Positions 25,501 to 37,572 of a stretch of 64,000 nt of DNA are shown one piece after another. Source of the stretch: Saccostrea echinata (lineage: Eukaryota); assembly GCF_033153115.1 (NCBI RefSeq), contig NW_026889758.1:49166001-49230000 (forward strand). The letters are read 5' to 3'. Position numbers and translations under genes: made by a program. Within the stretch, counting starts at the first letter, position 1; every line of letters starts with the position of its first letter. The notes under the pieces are model-generated. The model saw only the letters and a list, made by a program, of their open reading frames with translations. It did no database searches and was not told the origin of the DNA.

Positions 25501-28500
25501 ACAACATCATTCTGAACTAACCTGTCTAGATATTTGAAAGGACAAAATACTAATTCATACTTTGTATCCTTAAAAGCTTTGTGTAATGTGATATAAAACT
25601 TTGCTCTTTTCTTTATAAGCTCCATATCATAAAAAAATTGCTCTTACAAAATGTTTTTCAGTAGCTGAAATGTGAATAATTGGCATTCATATTGAATAAG
25701 GCATTTTTACAGATTTTTATTTCTAGAACCCAGTGGTGTAGTCATACTAAAAGATGTCTGACATTATTGATATCCATGATTATAAGAATTGATGGATACA
25801 TCCAATATAAGCATTGAGGATATATCAAATATCAGTATTGAGGACATAACCTTCACATACACAGTCAAACCTTGTTAAAATTGATGGGACCAGTAAAAAC
25901 TTAAAGATATCTGAGAATTCAAGATATTCAGATTGAAATTCAAAATAGAAGAAAAAAAGGGTTGGAACTGCCAAATATCCATGGTATTCAAGATATTGAT
26001 GTTCGAGATACCAAAGTTCATCTGTATTTTTATGTCATTTTACCTTGAGACTTGGGTCCTCTCTTTGAAGACATTCCAAGGCCAAATCAAGGTCTTTCTG
26101 ATACGCCATTGATGGTGGCTCCACTGAGCAGAAGAAAACAGGAGATGGCACCTGTAGACCAGCCAGCACCACATCATGGTTCAGGTCATCATCATGGCTA
26201 TCATCGTGTAAATCTACCTCATCTTCATGGTGCCTGTGTTCCCTTAGAATGGGTTTTATTTTAGCTAATCCTTCTTTGGAAGTAATAGTGTCACCAGTTC
26301 TGGTCTTAATTTAGAAAAAAAAAATTAAAGTAATTTCATAAAAGTGTTAAATTCATTTTTTATCATATTTCAAAAATGTGAAAATTAATTTTAATATCCA
26401 ATGATATATCCAATGATAAAATAATTTCTTTCACCAAGACAACAATTCACGACTGAATCCCCTACATTGTATCTTTGTGCCTGTTACCATTTTCAATAAT
26501 TTTTTTTAATATATTTGCAAAATCTTACCTCTTTGAGACCAGACACACAAACAATATCCCCAGGGTGTGCTGCTGATATGTTGTGATACTCATTGGCCAA
26601 AATTCTAGATAGTGTCTTCACTTTCTCATGACAATTTCTATTTATATTGTGTACATCACTCCTTTGATGCAAACTTCCTGAGTAAATCCTAAAGAAGGTC
26701 TGAGGCATTTTTTGCTGATTATGGATAGTTTTAAATGCAAATGCACAGAGTTCTGATCCATAATACTGCAAAAATGGAAATTCTCTATCATTTGGACAGG
26801 GTAGATAGTCATATATGGCATCCATTAAGAGCTGAACACCTTTGTTTTTTAAGGAAGATCCACACATAACTGGGGTAAGCTGTCTTTTAACAGTGGCATT
26901 CCTTAAAGCCTTCCTTACTAATTCTGGTTTGATTTTGTCCATACTTGTTTCTAACAGAACTTCATCTGCAATTTTTTCATCTGTGTCACTTAATCGACCA
27001 ATAAGATTTGTCCTTTCCTTTACTGCATACTCCCAAAACTTACCGTCTTCTTTCTCTGTTAAAGGTATTACTGAAAACTTCCTCCCATCTGTAGATTTTG
27101 CCAGGTCCCATTCGTATTTCACCATATCAACTATGTCCACTAGTCCTTTGAATTTTTGTAAGCTTTCACCATAAGGAAAATTGATAAGAAATGGATCAAT
27201 GTGTAATTTCTGTCTAATGGATTCTAAGCAGAGCTCAACACTGACCCCCAATTTGTCCAATTTATTGAGGTAGATGATGGAGGGGATGTCATGTTTTGTA
27301 GCTTGTTTCCACACAGTGACAGTCTGGGCTTCAACACCTACCAAAAACAAAAGATGCAGCCTCTTGAGAATTCATTAAAAAAAACGACATAATAGTATCA
27401 AAAAGATGTGTGGGAAACAATCAAGATTTTTGATAATTTTTCTTTAATAGTCTCATGTTCTTACGGTCTGATAAGTAAGAATATTTATCAAGTTGTGGGA
27501 GGAGAGTAATTAGAAAATTGGTTGAAATACAATGAATTAATTTTACTCATTTAAAACCCTAATAATACATTTATGAGCACATGTGCTTTATATGTTGACT
27601 AAGTTACATTACCAGCAGAGGCATCCAGAATGGTGACAGCTCCATCTAGAACTCTAAGAGATCTCTCCACCTCTATTGTAAAGTCCACATGTCCTGTGCA
27701 TCAACCAGAAAAAAAGACACTTGATACAAAATCTACACAATTAAACTGAGACATACAAATCTTCAGCTAATAGTTTATACTGGCAATGCTTCTATCTCTC
27801 AACATTTTGATGTCAGTCATGAAAAGTTTATGTTTGTCATTTTTATTAATTTCATTAATTAATACTAAATCTTGAAGTACAAGTCTAAATATACAAGTAC
27901 AAGCATAAATATTACCAAAATCAAAGAAATACTGATGAGACCTAGATATAGATTCATTTACATGGATCAAATGTGTCCTCTTCATTTTCAGTCGATTGTG
28001 TTAAAACATCACTAATTTTGAAAATGCATAATTGCTTACTTTGATATTTTGATTAAGATCTGACCTGGTGTATCAATGAGGTTGACTCTGTGTTTTTTCC
28101 ATTGATACGTAACAGCTGCTGATGAGATTGTTATTCCTCGGTTTCTCTCCTCCTCTAAGTAATCGGTGACTGTGTCCCCATGATCTACATCACCTGAGGA
28201 AAGTTGAAAATTACCAGCATTTAAACATGAAAAAATGTAATTCTGAATGAAAAGTTGACCAAAACTGAAAGAAAAATCCCTAGTTTTTAGGATTTTTTTC
28301 AGACTTTTTACGGTTCTTTTCAACTGTGGCGGTCAGACGAGTTCGATCGCCGGTGGCCAGATAGCTAAGTTGGTAGAGCACCTGACTGGAGATTCAGGGG
28401 GCCCAGGTTCAAATCCCAGTCTGGTCAGCTGCATTTTTCTCCTCTCCCGTTACACAACGTTGCTTTGCAAAAATTTTGAGATATGTTTTTTTTTCTTTGA

Positions 28501-29226
28501 AACGTGTAAAATTTTAAATGAATTAAAATTAATCAAAAAAATAACACATAAATGACATTTACTGAAATGAAATAAAATGAAACTTATTATCCTGCACTCT
28601 AACATTGATTGAAAGGAATTACAAATTATCGCAATATCATAGGTAAATCATGGGGGGGGGGGGGGGGGGGGGGGTCACATACATATCGATGGTACATGGC
28701 ACATTGTTTAAATACAAGTGTGTAGTGCACTAAAGACCAAAACAGCAACAGTTTTAGGCTAGACACAAAAAAATCATTCCTAGTCTATATCAAAATAAAA
28801 AACAAATAAAAAAAAAGAAAATACATCAAAAATTCAGTACAATGATAATCTTTGTAAAATTAAGCAATTAATAACACCTCCTTATTTTGCGTTGCTTTTT
28901 TGTGTGTGTTTTCATGGGTGTTACTTGAAGGGGGATGGGGTGTTAATAAGTGTGGGCTCAACAAATGAAATGCCTTAGATTTATGTAAAACAGGAAATAA
29001 TATTTGACAGTTTACCCAAGTGCTTTGTAAAACCAGAGTAGTAAAGCATTCGTTCGGTCGTCGTCGTTTTGCCGGCGTCGATGTGGGCAATGATTCCGAT
29101 ATTTCGCAGGTCTCGAACATCTTCTCCTTTATCGGCATTTGGACCATGAGCAAATTGTGTTGCTAGGTATCTGCAAGCAACACATTTTCGCAAAGAACGA
29201 TTAAAATACAATCTAAGCAATGACAT
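19529..29226 (-). CDS. GFM2: Mitochondrial ribosome-releasing factor 2 (EF-G2mt), 774 aa, 8 exons
   Basis: Exons 29226-29016, 28193-28065, 27693-27613, 27337-26529, 26304-26044, 24726-24360, 21344-21178 and 19828-19529 total 2325 nt in frame. Motifs: [54 protein letters not shown]. The basic N-terminal presequence and [11 protein letters not shown] favour GFM2 over GFM1. Confidence 0.95.
21474..21694. mobile_element. TA-flanked MITE (TACTGT...ACAGTA family); relatives at 59885-60169 and ~61849-62043
   Basis: TIRs TACTGTGAAATCAC / GTGATTTTACAGTA, with internal GTGGGG/CCCCAC inverted motifs. Confidence 0.7.
21809..23222 (+). mobile_element. Full-length HINE with a ~170-180-bp internal satellite (Cg170-like)
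   Basis: Head TTAGCTCACCTGAGCCAAAGGCTCAAGTGAGCT, about 6 repeats containing GGGGTAGGGTGGGGCCAC, and tail CTCAGGTGAGTGATGTGGCCCATGGACCTCTTGTT. Inserted in T-runs. Confidence 0.88.
23252..23957 (-). mobile_element. HINE of a different family
   Basis: AACAAG plus hairpin AGCTTTTTCAAAAAGCT and TACCGTC at one end; palindrome ACCGTCTTCCGAGGAAGACGGT at the other. Confidence 0.6.
24750..25481. mobile_element. MITE with ~40-bp imperfect TIRs (possibly PIF/Harbinger-like)
   Basis: TAGGGCCA...CTTTGTTTCCCCTAAC..CGACCC at the left end versus GGGTCG...GTTAGGGGAAACAAAG...TGGCCTA at the right end. Confidence 0.7.
28325..28454 (+). mobile_element. Solo LTR of a tRNA-containing TRIM (Helenus-type)
   Basis: 130 bp, TGT...ACA, flanked by 4-bp TSD CAAC (28321-28324 and 28455-28458). 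Internal tRNA-like cassette at 28355-28427. Homologous to both LTRs of 60451-60811. Confidence 0.82.
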
Positions 29227-29445
29227 ACTGACTTTGCTCTTCGACAATGTGTTGAATTTGCACAGGAACTGAATCACGGTCACTAAATTATAAACCAGAG
29301 CAGCATGATCAGAATAATCAAATCCGGTTAATTTTGGTAATAAATGTATATTATAGAGAGAGCTGTAATGCTAACATTTGGAGAAATTTTATAGCCTTAG
29401 TTCACATTAAATGGCTAAAACTGCCAAGCATTTTGCATGCAAGGG

Positions 29446-31386
29446 AACAAGTAAGCTCCCCCGAAAATTGAAAGAAAAAAAAACAACAAATTCAAAGAAT
29501 TGTAGTCCCCCGCTTAAAATGTATACTTCTCAAAACTACATTAACTCTCTTCTGGAGCATAAAGGATATGGTCAAGATTAAAATTTTTGATATGTAGGTC
29601 AAACTTCTAGGTCAAGGTCATGAAGTCAAAAATGATAAACTTTCCTGAAAGGTGTTGACGTAGGTAATGTACATGTAGAAATATGAAAGCCCTATCTTCT
29701 CTCATTCAAAAGTAATTACAAATGTCAAATTAATTTGATAAAAACTGTAGGGTGAACCTTAAGGTTAGGGTCATGAGGTCAAAAACCAGAGTACACAATC
29801 GGAAAGGCCTCGAAACAGGTAATGCTCATGTCAAATGTAAATACCATATCTTCTTTCAATCAAAAGTTATCAGCAATGTTATTTTTTTTAACATTAGGTC
29901 AACCTTAGCTGCAGAACCTTTCTAGTCGTTTCTACCGACCAATAAACTCGCTTGTTGTGACTTTGTTGTCGGATGGCATAAAATTCACAACAAGCAAATT
30001 TACTGGTCTTTAAAGACGACTAGAAAAGGGTTAGGAGATGGATAAAATATACAGATCAGATTGGTTATAGAATATATCTAGAAATAGGGAATGAAAGGTA
30101 GTTGATTGACCAGTGCTGGAAAGTGGCGAAATATATCCCCAAAGTGCACAGAAAATCTTGCGCCGTAAATTGCACATATTTGCATTACGGGATCTGTAGT
30201 GTTATGGTCAAAGACTAAAATATAAAACCATAATGCTACTGTTCTGCAGCTAGGTCAAACTTCAAGGTCAAGGTCATGGGATTAAAAATCATTACGCAGT
30301 AAACTTTGAAAGGTCTTGTTCCCGGTAATGCACCTGTCAAATATGAATGCCGTGTCTTCGACTCTTCGCTTCTTTAAAAGTTAGCAACACTGATAAAATG
30401 TTTGAAAATTAGGTCAAACTTGAAGGTCAAGGTCACGGGGTCAACTAGCATAGCACATTCGGAAACACTTTTGACACAGGCAATGCACTTGTGAAACATG
30501 AATTCTCTATCATTTTTCATTCAAAAGTAATCACCAAAGTTAACATTTTTGAAAATGAGATCAAACATGGAGGTCATGATCAAGGAGTCAAAAATCATAG
30601 CATTCTTGGAAACGACTTGTCATAGTTAATGCACATGTCAAATATAAAAACCCAATCTTTTCTCTATCAAAAGTTATAAGCAAAGATAAAATTTCTGAAA
30701 AGTAGGTTAGACTTCAAGGTCACGTGGTAAAAAATCACAGTATATTTGGTGATGTCTTGTCACAGGTAATGTAGATGTGTAATATGAAAGCCTTATCTTT
30801 TCTCATTCAAAAGTTATGACCAATTTAAAGTAATGGTAATTTTTTTTTTAATTAAAGGTTAAACTTCAAGGTAAGGGAGTCAAAAATCACAGCATTTTTG
30901 GAAAGGTCTTGATACAGGTAATGCACATGTCAAATATGAAAGCCCTTACTTCTATTTTTTTTTTCTCAATCAAAAGTTATAAGCAAAGATAACATTTTTG
31001 AAAAGTACATCAAACTTCAAGGGCAAGGTCATAGGGTAAAAAATCATAGTATATTTGGAAAGGTCTTGTCAAAGGTAATGCACATATGTAATATGTACGC
31101 CCTATTTTTTATCATTCAAAATTTATGACCAATTCAAAGTAATATTAAAATTTTTGAAAAGTAGGTAAAACTTCAAGGTTGAGGTGACGGGGTCAAAAAT
31201 CATAGTATATTTGGAAAGGTCTTGACACAGGTAATGTACATGTGAAATATGACAGTCCTATCTCTTCTTATTCAAAAATTATGACCAAGATTTAAATTTT
31301 TTTTGACAGACAGACTGACAAACTGACAGTCGAATGAAATTAAATCATATAAATGTCCCCTCGCTTTCGCAAAAGCGTGGGACAAA
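29446..31386 (-). mobile_element. HINE with a long ~155-bp tandem array (GGTCAAACTTCAAGGTCAAGGTCA units)
   Basis: AACAAG end at 29446; head palindrome GTCCC-CGCTTT..AAAGCG-GGGAC and GACA microsatellite near 31310-31386; about 9 diverged repeats between. Confidence 0.75.
29906..30252. mobile_element. Non-autonomous DNA transposon, AcademH-like, nested in a HINE
   Basis: Perfect 12-bp TIR TAGCTGCAGAAC/GTTCTGCAGCTA. Flanks GGTCAACCT/GGTCAAACT give a 9-bp TSD with 1 mismatch. Internal ~110-bp hairpin at 29918-30030. Confidence 0.7.
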
Positions 31387-31491
31387 AAAAAATAACAAAA
31401 ACAACACATACGGACACACACACACACACAAACAAATGTTGGTTTTCTCAAGAAGAAAACCCGTGTGTTACCGACGATGGTTAAAAGAAAT

Positions 31492-32360
31492 AAAAGATGT
31501 GTTTGTAAAACACTGATGCCCCCGTATGGCAGCTTTCTCAAATGCAAGTCAAACTCCAAGGTCAAGAGATTAAAATGTTGTTACCCAAAAGAAAGGACTT
31601 GTGTCAACGGATATACTTGGTAAATATGAAAGCCCAAGCACCAGCCATTCAACAGTTATGGTCAAGGTCAATGATTTCTAGAAGTGGGTCAAACTCCAAG
31701 GTCAAGATCAAAGGGTGGAAATTAATGGTACGCAGGGGAAGACCTTGTCATAAGTATTAAACATGCAAAACATAAAAGCCCTACACCAATTTTTCAAAAG
31801 TTATGGCAAAGATTAAAGTTTTTAAAAGAAGGTCAAACTCCAAGGTCAAGGTCAAAATGTTTGATATCCAAAGGAAGGTCTTTTCACAAGGAATATACCT
31901 GTGAAATTTGAAAGCCCTAGTACTAACTGTTCAAAAGTAATGACCAAGGTTAACGTTTTATTAAAGTGGGTCGAACTCTAAGGTCAAGGTCAAATGTAAA
32001 AAAAACAAAACAAAACAAAACAATAAACCCATGGAAAGGTCTTGTCATGATAAATACACATGTAAAATTTGAAAGCCCAAGTCCAACTGTTCAAAAGTTA
32101 TGGCCAAGGTTGAAATTTGGTAAATGTTTGCAAAAGTGGGTCAAACTCCAAGGTCAAAAGGTCAAATATGTTGGTACCTAAAGAAAGGGCTTATCACAAG
32201 GAATACACGTGTGAAATATGAAAGCCATACCTCCAACCAATCAAAAGTTATGGGCAAGGTTAAAGTTTTTGCGGATAAACAGACAGACAGACAGATAGAC
32301 GGACGGACAGGGGAAAACTATATATCCCATCCCTGAATCTTCGATTAAGGGGGCATAAAA
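31492..32360 (-). mobile_element. HINE (ATGCCCCC family), inverted relative to the next copy
   Basis: AAGATGTGTTTGTAAAACAC..ATGCCCCCGTATGG at one end, GACA microsatellite and GGGGCATAAAA at the other, with internal ~140-bp repeats. Confidence 0.8.
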
Positions 32361-32502
32361 TACCTTGCTAACGACTGAAGGGCTGTTTGTATGGAGATGG
32401 GAGGGTCTACAGAAGGTGGAGAAAGGGAGAAGCAGTTGCATGTGGATTATCATTGGGGTCTCAAACCGCCTCCTCATTTTGCCAAATAACATAGACTCCT
32501 CC

Positions 32503-33348
32503 TTTTTATGCCCCCGTATCGAAGATTCGGGGGTATACAGTTTTTGCCCTGTCCGTCGGTCTGTCTGTTTGTCCGCAAAAACTTTAACCTTGCCCATAAC
32601 CCATAACTTTTGATTGGTTGTAGCTATGGATTTCATATTTCACATGTGTATTCCTTGTGACAAGACCTTTCTTTGGGCACCAACATATTTGACCTTTTGA
32701 CCTTGACCTTGGAGTTTGACCCAGTTTTGAAAAATTTTACCAAACTTTAACGTTGGCCATAACTTTTGAATAGTTGATGCTAGGGCTTTCATACTTCACA
32801 TGTGTAATCCTTGTGACAAGAACTTCCTTTGGATACCAACAACTTTGACTTTGACCTTGGAGTTTGACCTACTCTTGGAAAACTTTTATTTCGGCCATAA
32901 CTTTTGAACAATTGGTGCTAGGGCTTTCATATTTCACATGTGTAATCCTTGTAAAAAGGCCTTCCTTTGGATACCAACAACTTTGACCTTGACCTTGGAG
33001 TTTGACCTACTGTTGGAAAACTTTAACCTTGGTCATAACTTTTGAATGATTGGTGATTCGGCTTTCATATTTAATTTCACCTGTGTATTTCTTGGGAGAA
33101 GGCCTTTCCTTGGTTACCATTAATTTTTAACCTTGACCTTAATGTTTGACATAGTTTTGAAAAAAAAACTTTAACCTTTTCCATATCTATTCAATGGTTG
33201 CTGCCAGGGCTTTCATATTCCACAGGTTTATTCCTCGAGACAAGACCTTACTTTGGGTACCAACATATTTGATTTGCATTTGAGAAAGTTTAACCTTTGC
33301 TATAAGTAACCATACGGGGGCATAAGTGTTTCACAAACACATCTTGTT
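32503..33348 (+). mobile_element. HINE (ATGCCCCC family)
   Basis: Head TTTTATGCCCCCG...CGGGGGTATA with TCCG/TCTG microsatellite; tail CCATACGGGGGCATAAGTGTTTCACAAACACATCTTGTT. Confidence 0.82.
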
Positions 33349-34889
33349 TTTTTAGCGATTGGTGATTTGCTAATTACTTTATAAGTGTACTGTTGCGAGT
33401 ACCAAAGGATGATACAAGGATATTGTGTTTGGAGAGGACGAGAGTGTCAGACCTCCCCTTCCTTACACACACACACACACACACGCCAAAAAAGTACTTT
33501 CAGTATTGCCCCCTGGAAGCTGTTGAGTCTTCATTATCTTTTAAGGCAAAGATGTAGCATTAAATGAGGGGAAGCGCGCGCTTTCCCCCTCTGAATCCAT
33601 GAATAATAACCCTCTCCCAAAATTTTTTGTTTGTAAGCATGTTTGTCATATATTAACCCTCTTTCTTTCTATCTAGTTTGTGGATCTGCTGATAATTATT
33701 TTTTTATGAACTAGAATGCAAAATCATCATATTGTAGTTACCTTCATCCGCCTGTCTGTCACAATGTCTTGTCATAGCATTGGATCTCCCATCCTATATT
33801 TACGAGGTAGCAAAATGTGCATATATGATAAGCTATATCATGAAGAATGATATAATGATGTAGAATGAGCCATGATGTTTTGAATTTTCGCTCTCGAGGG
33901 TCCTCAAAAGTTTCCATTATAAAATCTGATCATGCATTTATAGTAAAAGATTTTTTTTCTTATTCATGATGATCGGGCATGATGTGGAATAATTATATCT
34001 AGTGTTGCAGGTGTGCACAAGGTTTTAGATGGTGCAGATGACGTTTAATCCGTAAAAGATTGGCGTCTTTTAGAATTTCATATGGGGTAATTTTTATAAA
34101 TTATGTATTTGTTGTTTGTTTTGTTCGTATATTTCTTTGATTGTTTGTAATTTTTGAGCTTCTGTTTGAGTTATTCGATTAAAAACATGGTGCAGATACA
34201 TCATTCTCAAGAGACTTTAAATCCGGCATTGTCAAAGATAGATTTGGGGAAATATAACCATTTATGCTTGAGATGAGAAGCACTGAACATTAGGATATTT
34301 AATTAATACCAATTTGTCAGATAATTACATTATCCAAAATTAAATCTGCACTAAATTTGATTTTTTTCCAAATTTGATCAAGGTGAACATTTTAAAATGT
34401 TAAAACATTCCTGGCTGCAAGAATACACGTATATTCCAGCATTTTCAAGATTTTAACTTCATGTATGGTGAAATACATGTATGCTACCAATACAGACCTT
34501 AGGAATTTAATAATAGAATAACATACAAAAATCTTCGATCTCGAATTAAATGATTTCGAAATTATATTTCCACTGCCTCTTTTATAAGAATTTCGTGATG
34601 CTTTATGAAAGCTTCTTCAACAGCCCATTAAACCATAACGCTTTATATATAAATTATTCGAGGAAACGTTTTGAAACAGTTACACCATTAAAATTTATAT
34701 ATGTACTTCAAATACTCAGAGGCCTTTAAAACGTTAATTCATTCTCAATGTTACCAATTCAAGCTGCCCATTTATAATATTCACTACAATGTTCAGCTGC
34801 AAATTCTATCGTTTTTTTCTAATACAAATACTAGTAAATTGCTTCCAAGTATGAAAATGAATTGGCTATTGTATGTTGTTGTTGTTGTT

Positions 34890-34924
<35 letters not shown>

Positions 34925-35449
34925 AAAGAGGTTATTTTTTGCTTAAAAATGTATACAATATATTCTATTGAAACAGATATCCTAAAATATTTTTTGAGAT
35001 TTGGAAAATTCTTATTTTTATTCGTAATATATTTTGTGCAAAGGTTTACTGGTAGATGGAAAATAAACAAAGCTTGTAAATATTGCATTCTTTATTTTAA
35101 ATACTGGTCATTCAGATAAAGGTTATTGAAAATTATAGATGACGCTGAAGTAGTGCTGCATCAATAATGAAAGATAGAAAATGATACTTGATATCTTAAT
35201 TAAAAAGAAAATGACAACATAAATGGTTTTTAACTTGTACACTTTTCATCACTCTCCTTTAGTAAATCGAACATTTCCTTCTATTAAAAACAACATCAAG
35301 ACTTTTTTTTTTTAGGAAAAAACTATTACAAGCAATATTTTCATTATTTTGCAGTTTAAACAAACCGATTTCGAAGGCATTCAGAAAAAAAGAGACATGT
35401 AGGAAATAAAAGGGAAGACTGAGAGAGTTGAACATTTAAAAATAAAAAA

Positions 35450-37560
35450 AACATAAGGTTGACGATGTTCATAAAAATAAATAGAACATAGGCAGGAAAA
35501 TGAGGTATAAAAGATAAGAAATGAAATAATGATTATTATGACGATGATGAAAAAAAGGTGATGATGATAATGATGAAGGAAAAAAGTAAGAAAACAAGTA
35601 ATGAGAAATTAAAGAAGTATATATACATGTATGTATATACAATCACACCTTTTTTAAATTTCAATGTTTGATTTATCTTTTATATTTACCCTCTTCTGTA
35701 ATTTTTTAAAGTAAAAAAATAATAATGATGATGGTAAGGATAACAAAGATAATGATGGTGAAAAAACCAACAAAAGAGAAAAAAATCAGTTATGAAACAT
35801 AATAATGATCTTAAAAAAAAAATTTAAAAAATGGGAGTTTAGAATCACGTCTTTTTTCATTCTTTTTTAAAATCTATCTTATATATATATATTTTTTTTT
35901 TTACTTTTTTTTTCTTATTTTTAAAAAAAAAATGATGATGATAATGTTAAGATGATGAATATGAAAAGAATAAATAAAGTAGGGAAATAAGTTATGGAAA
36001 ATAAAAAAAATAAATAAATAAAACTGACTTTAGAATCACATTTTTTTTTTCATTCTTTTTTTTATTTATCTTGTAGTTTTTTTCCTTACTTTTTTGTGAT
36101 TTTTTTAATAAAATAAAATTGATAACGAAAAATTATGATGATGATGAAAAAAGAATAAAAGTAGAAAATTAAGTTATGAGAAAATTAAAAAAAATTAAGT
36201 ATGAAAAAATAAAAAGAAGTATACAATCAAAAAAAAAAATGTTTTCATTCTTTTTTCATTTATCTTATATTTTTTCTTACTTTTTTGTGATTTTTTTAAA
36301 TAATGAGCATGATTATAACAAAAATACTGGTGATGATTAAAAAAAATGATAAAAGGAAAAATAAATGTACAAAAATTAGTTATGAGAGATATTAAAAAAA
36401 ACAAACAAAAAAATAACAAAACAAAACAAAAAAAAAAAAAAAAAAAAAAGTTAATAAGGTTATAATTTTTTTTTTTTTTAGATTTATCTTTCAATTTTTT
36501 TGGTTACCTTTTTGCAATTTTTATTAAATGAAGATGATGATAAAAATAATGAAAATGGTTGTGATGACGATGATGATGAAAAGAAGAAAAAAATAAAAAA
36601 ATAATGTAAATGAGTTTAGAATTACATCTTTTTTTCATTCTTTTTTAATTTATCTTATAATTTTTTTTTTTATTTTTTGTAATTTTCTCTAAAATGAAGA
36701 TGATTTTGATGATAACAAAAAATGATGGTTATATTGATGATGAAAAAAAAAAGAATAAAAGTAAGAAAATAAATAATGAGAAATTAAGAAAAAGTATATG
36801 AAAAGTATATGAATTTAGAATCACATATTTTTTCATTTTTTTTTAATTTATCTTATAATTTTTTTTCTTACTTTTTTTGATTTTTAAAAGTAAAAATAAA
36901 ATGATGATTATGACAAAAATGGTTATATAATAATAAGGAATGAAAGTAAGAAGAAAGGCAGGAAAATAAGTTGTGATAAAGTAAAAGAAAAAAGATAATG
37001 CTTGTACAATTGCTTCTTGTCATATCTAGCCCCCCCCCCCCTTTAAAAAAAAATGATTTTGAAGAAAATAATGATAATGATAAAGCTAATGATCGCAATG
37101 ATGATAATGATAAATGATAATGTTGGTGATAGTTGTAATGATGGCGATAATAAAAATAATAATAATTTAAAAGTAAAATGATGAAGATGACGATGATAAT
37201 AATGGTGATCATATAAAATAAAAGAATGAAATAAGTTATGAGAGAATGAAAAATGTGCATGGAGATACATTTAAATCATTCATCTTATCTTGTATGTTAA
37301 AAAAAGATGTTAAAGTTAAACTAATAATAATTCTAAGAAGAATAAATAATAATAACAAAGATGAATATGAACATTAAGAAATGATAAAAACAATACTAAA
37401 AAACAAAATATGGAACACTAGTTATAGGAAAAAGAATATCCAAGTGTATCGTCTTTTTCATTCCCTTTTAGATTTCTCTTGTACATTTGTAAAAAGATTT
37501 TTTTCATAATTTGAAATAAAAAAAAAACTTAAACTAACAAATAAAAATTAAAAATAAAAA
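35450..37560. repeat. Very AT-rich degenerate ~195-200-bp tandem repeat with (GAT)n tracts
   Basis: Anchor TTAGAATCAC..TTTTTCATTC recurs at ~35839, 36030, 36616 and 36814, with weaker copies at ~35640, 36222 and 37270. Confidence 0.7.
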
Positions 37561-37572
37561 TAAACCTAATAT

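Noticed and set aside
28355-28427. Functional tRNA gene (also 2380, 3190, ~60480, ~60712)
   Set aside because: Each copy has a broken acceptor or T stem, or an 8-nt anticodon loop, and each lies within a mobile element.
28652-28674. Long G or C homopolymers as G-quadruplex elements (many across the window)
   Set aside because: They are common throughout this sequence, often TE-associated, and their lengths are unreliable in assemblies.
31272-32636. Cluster of 60-131-aa ORFs
   Set aside because: They lie in HINE tandem repeats and show no Rep/helicase or other protein motifs.
36195-37270. Phe/His/Ile-rich ORFs of 75-130 aa
   Set aside because: They are translations of homopolymer and (CAT)n tracts with no splice or codon support.
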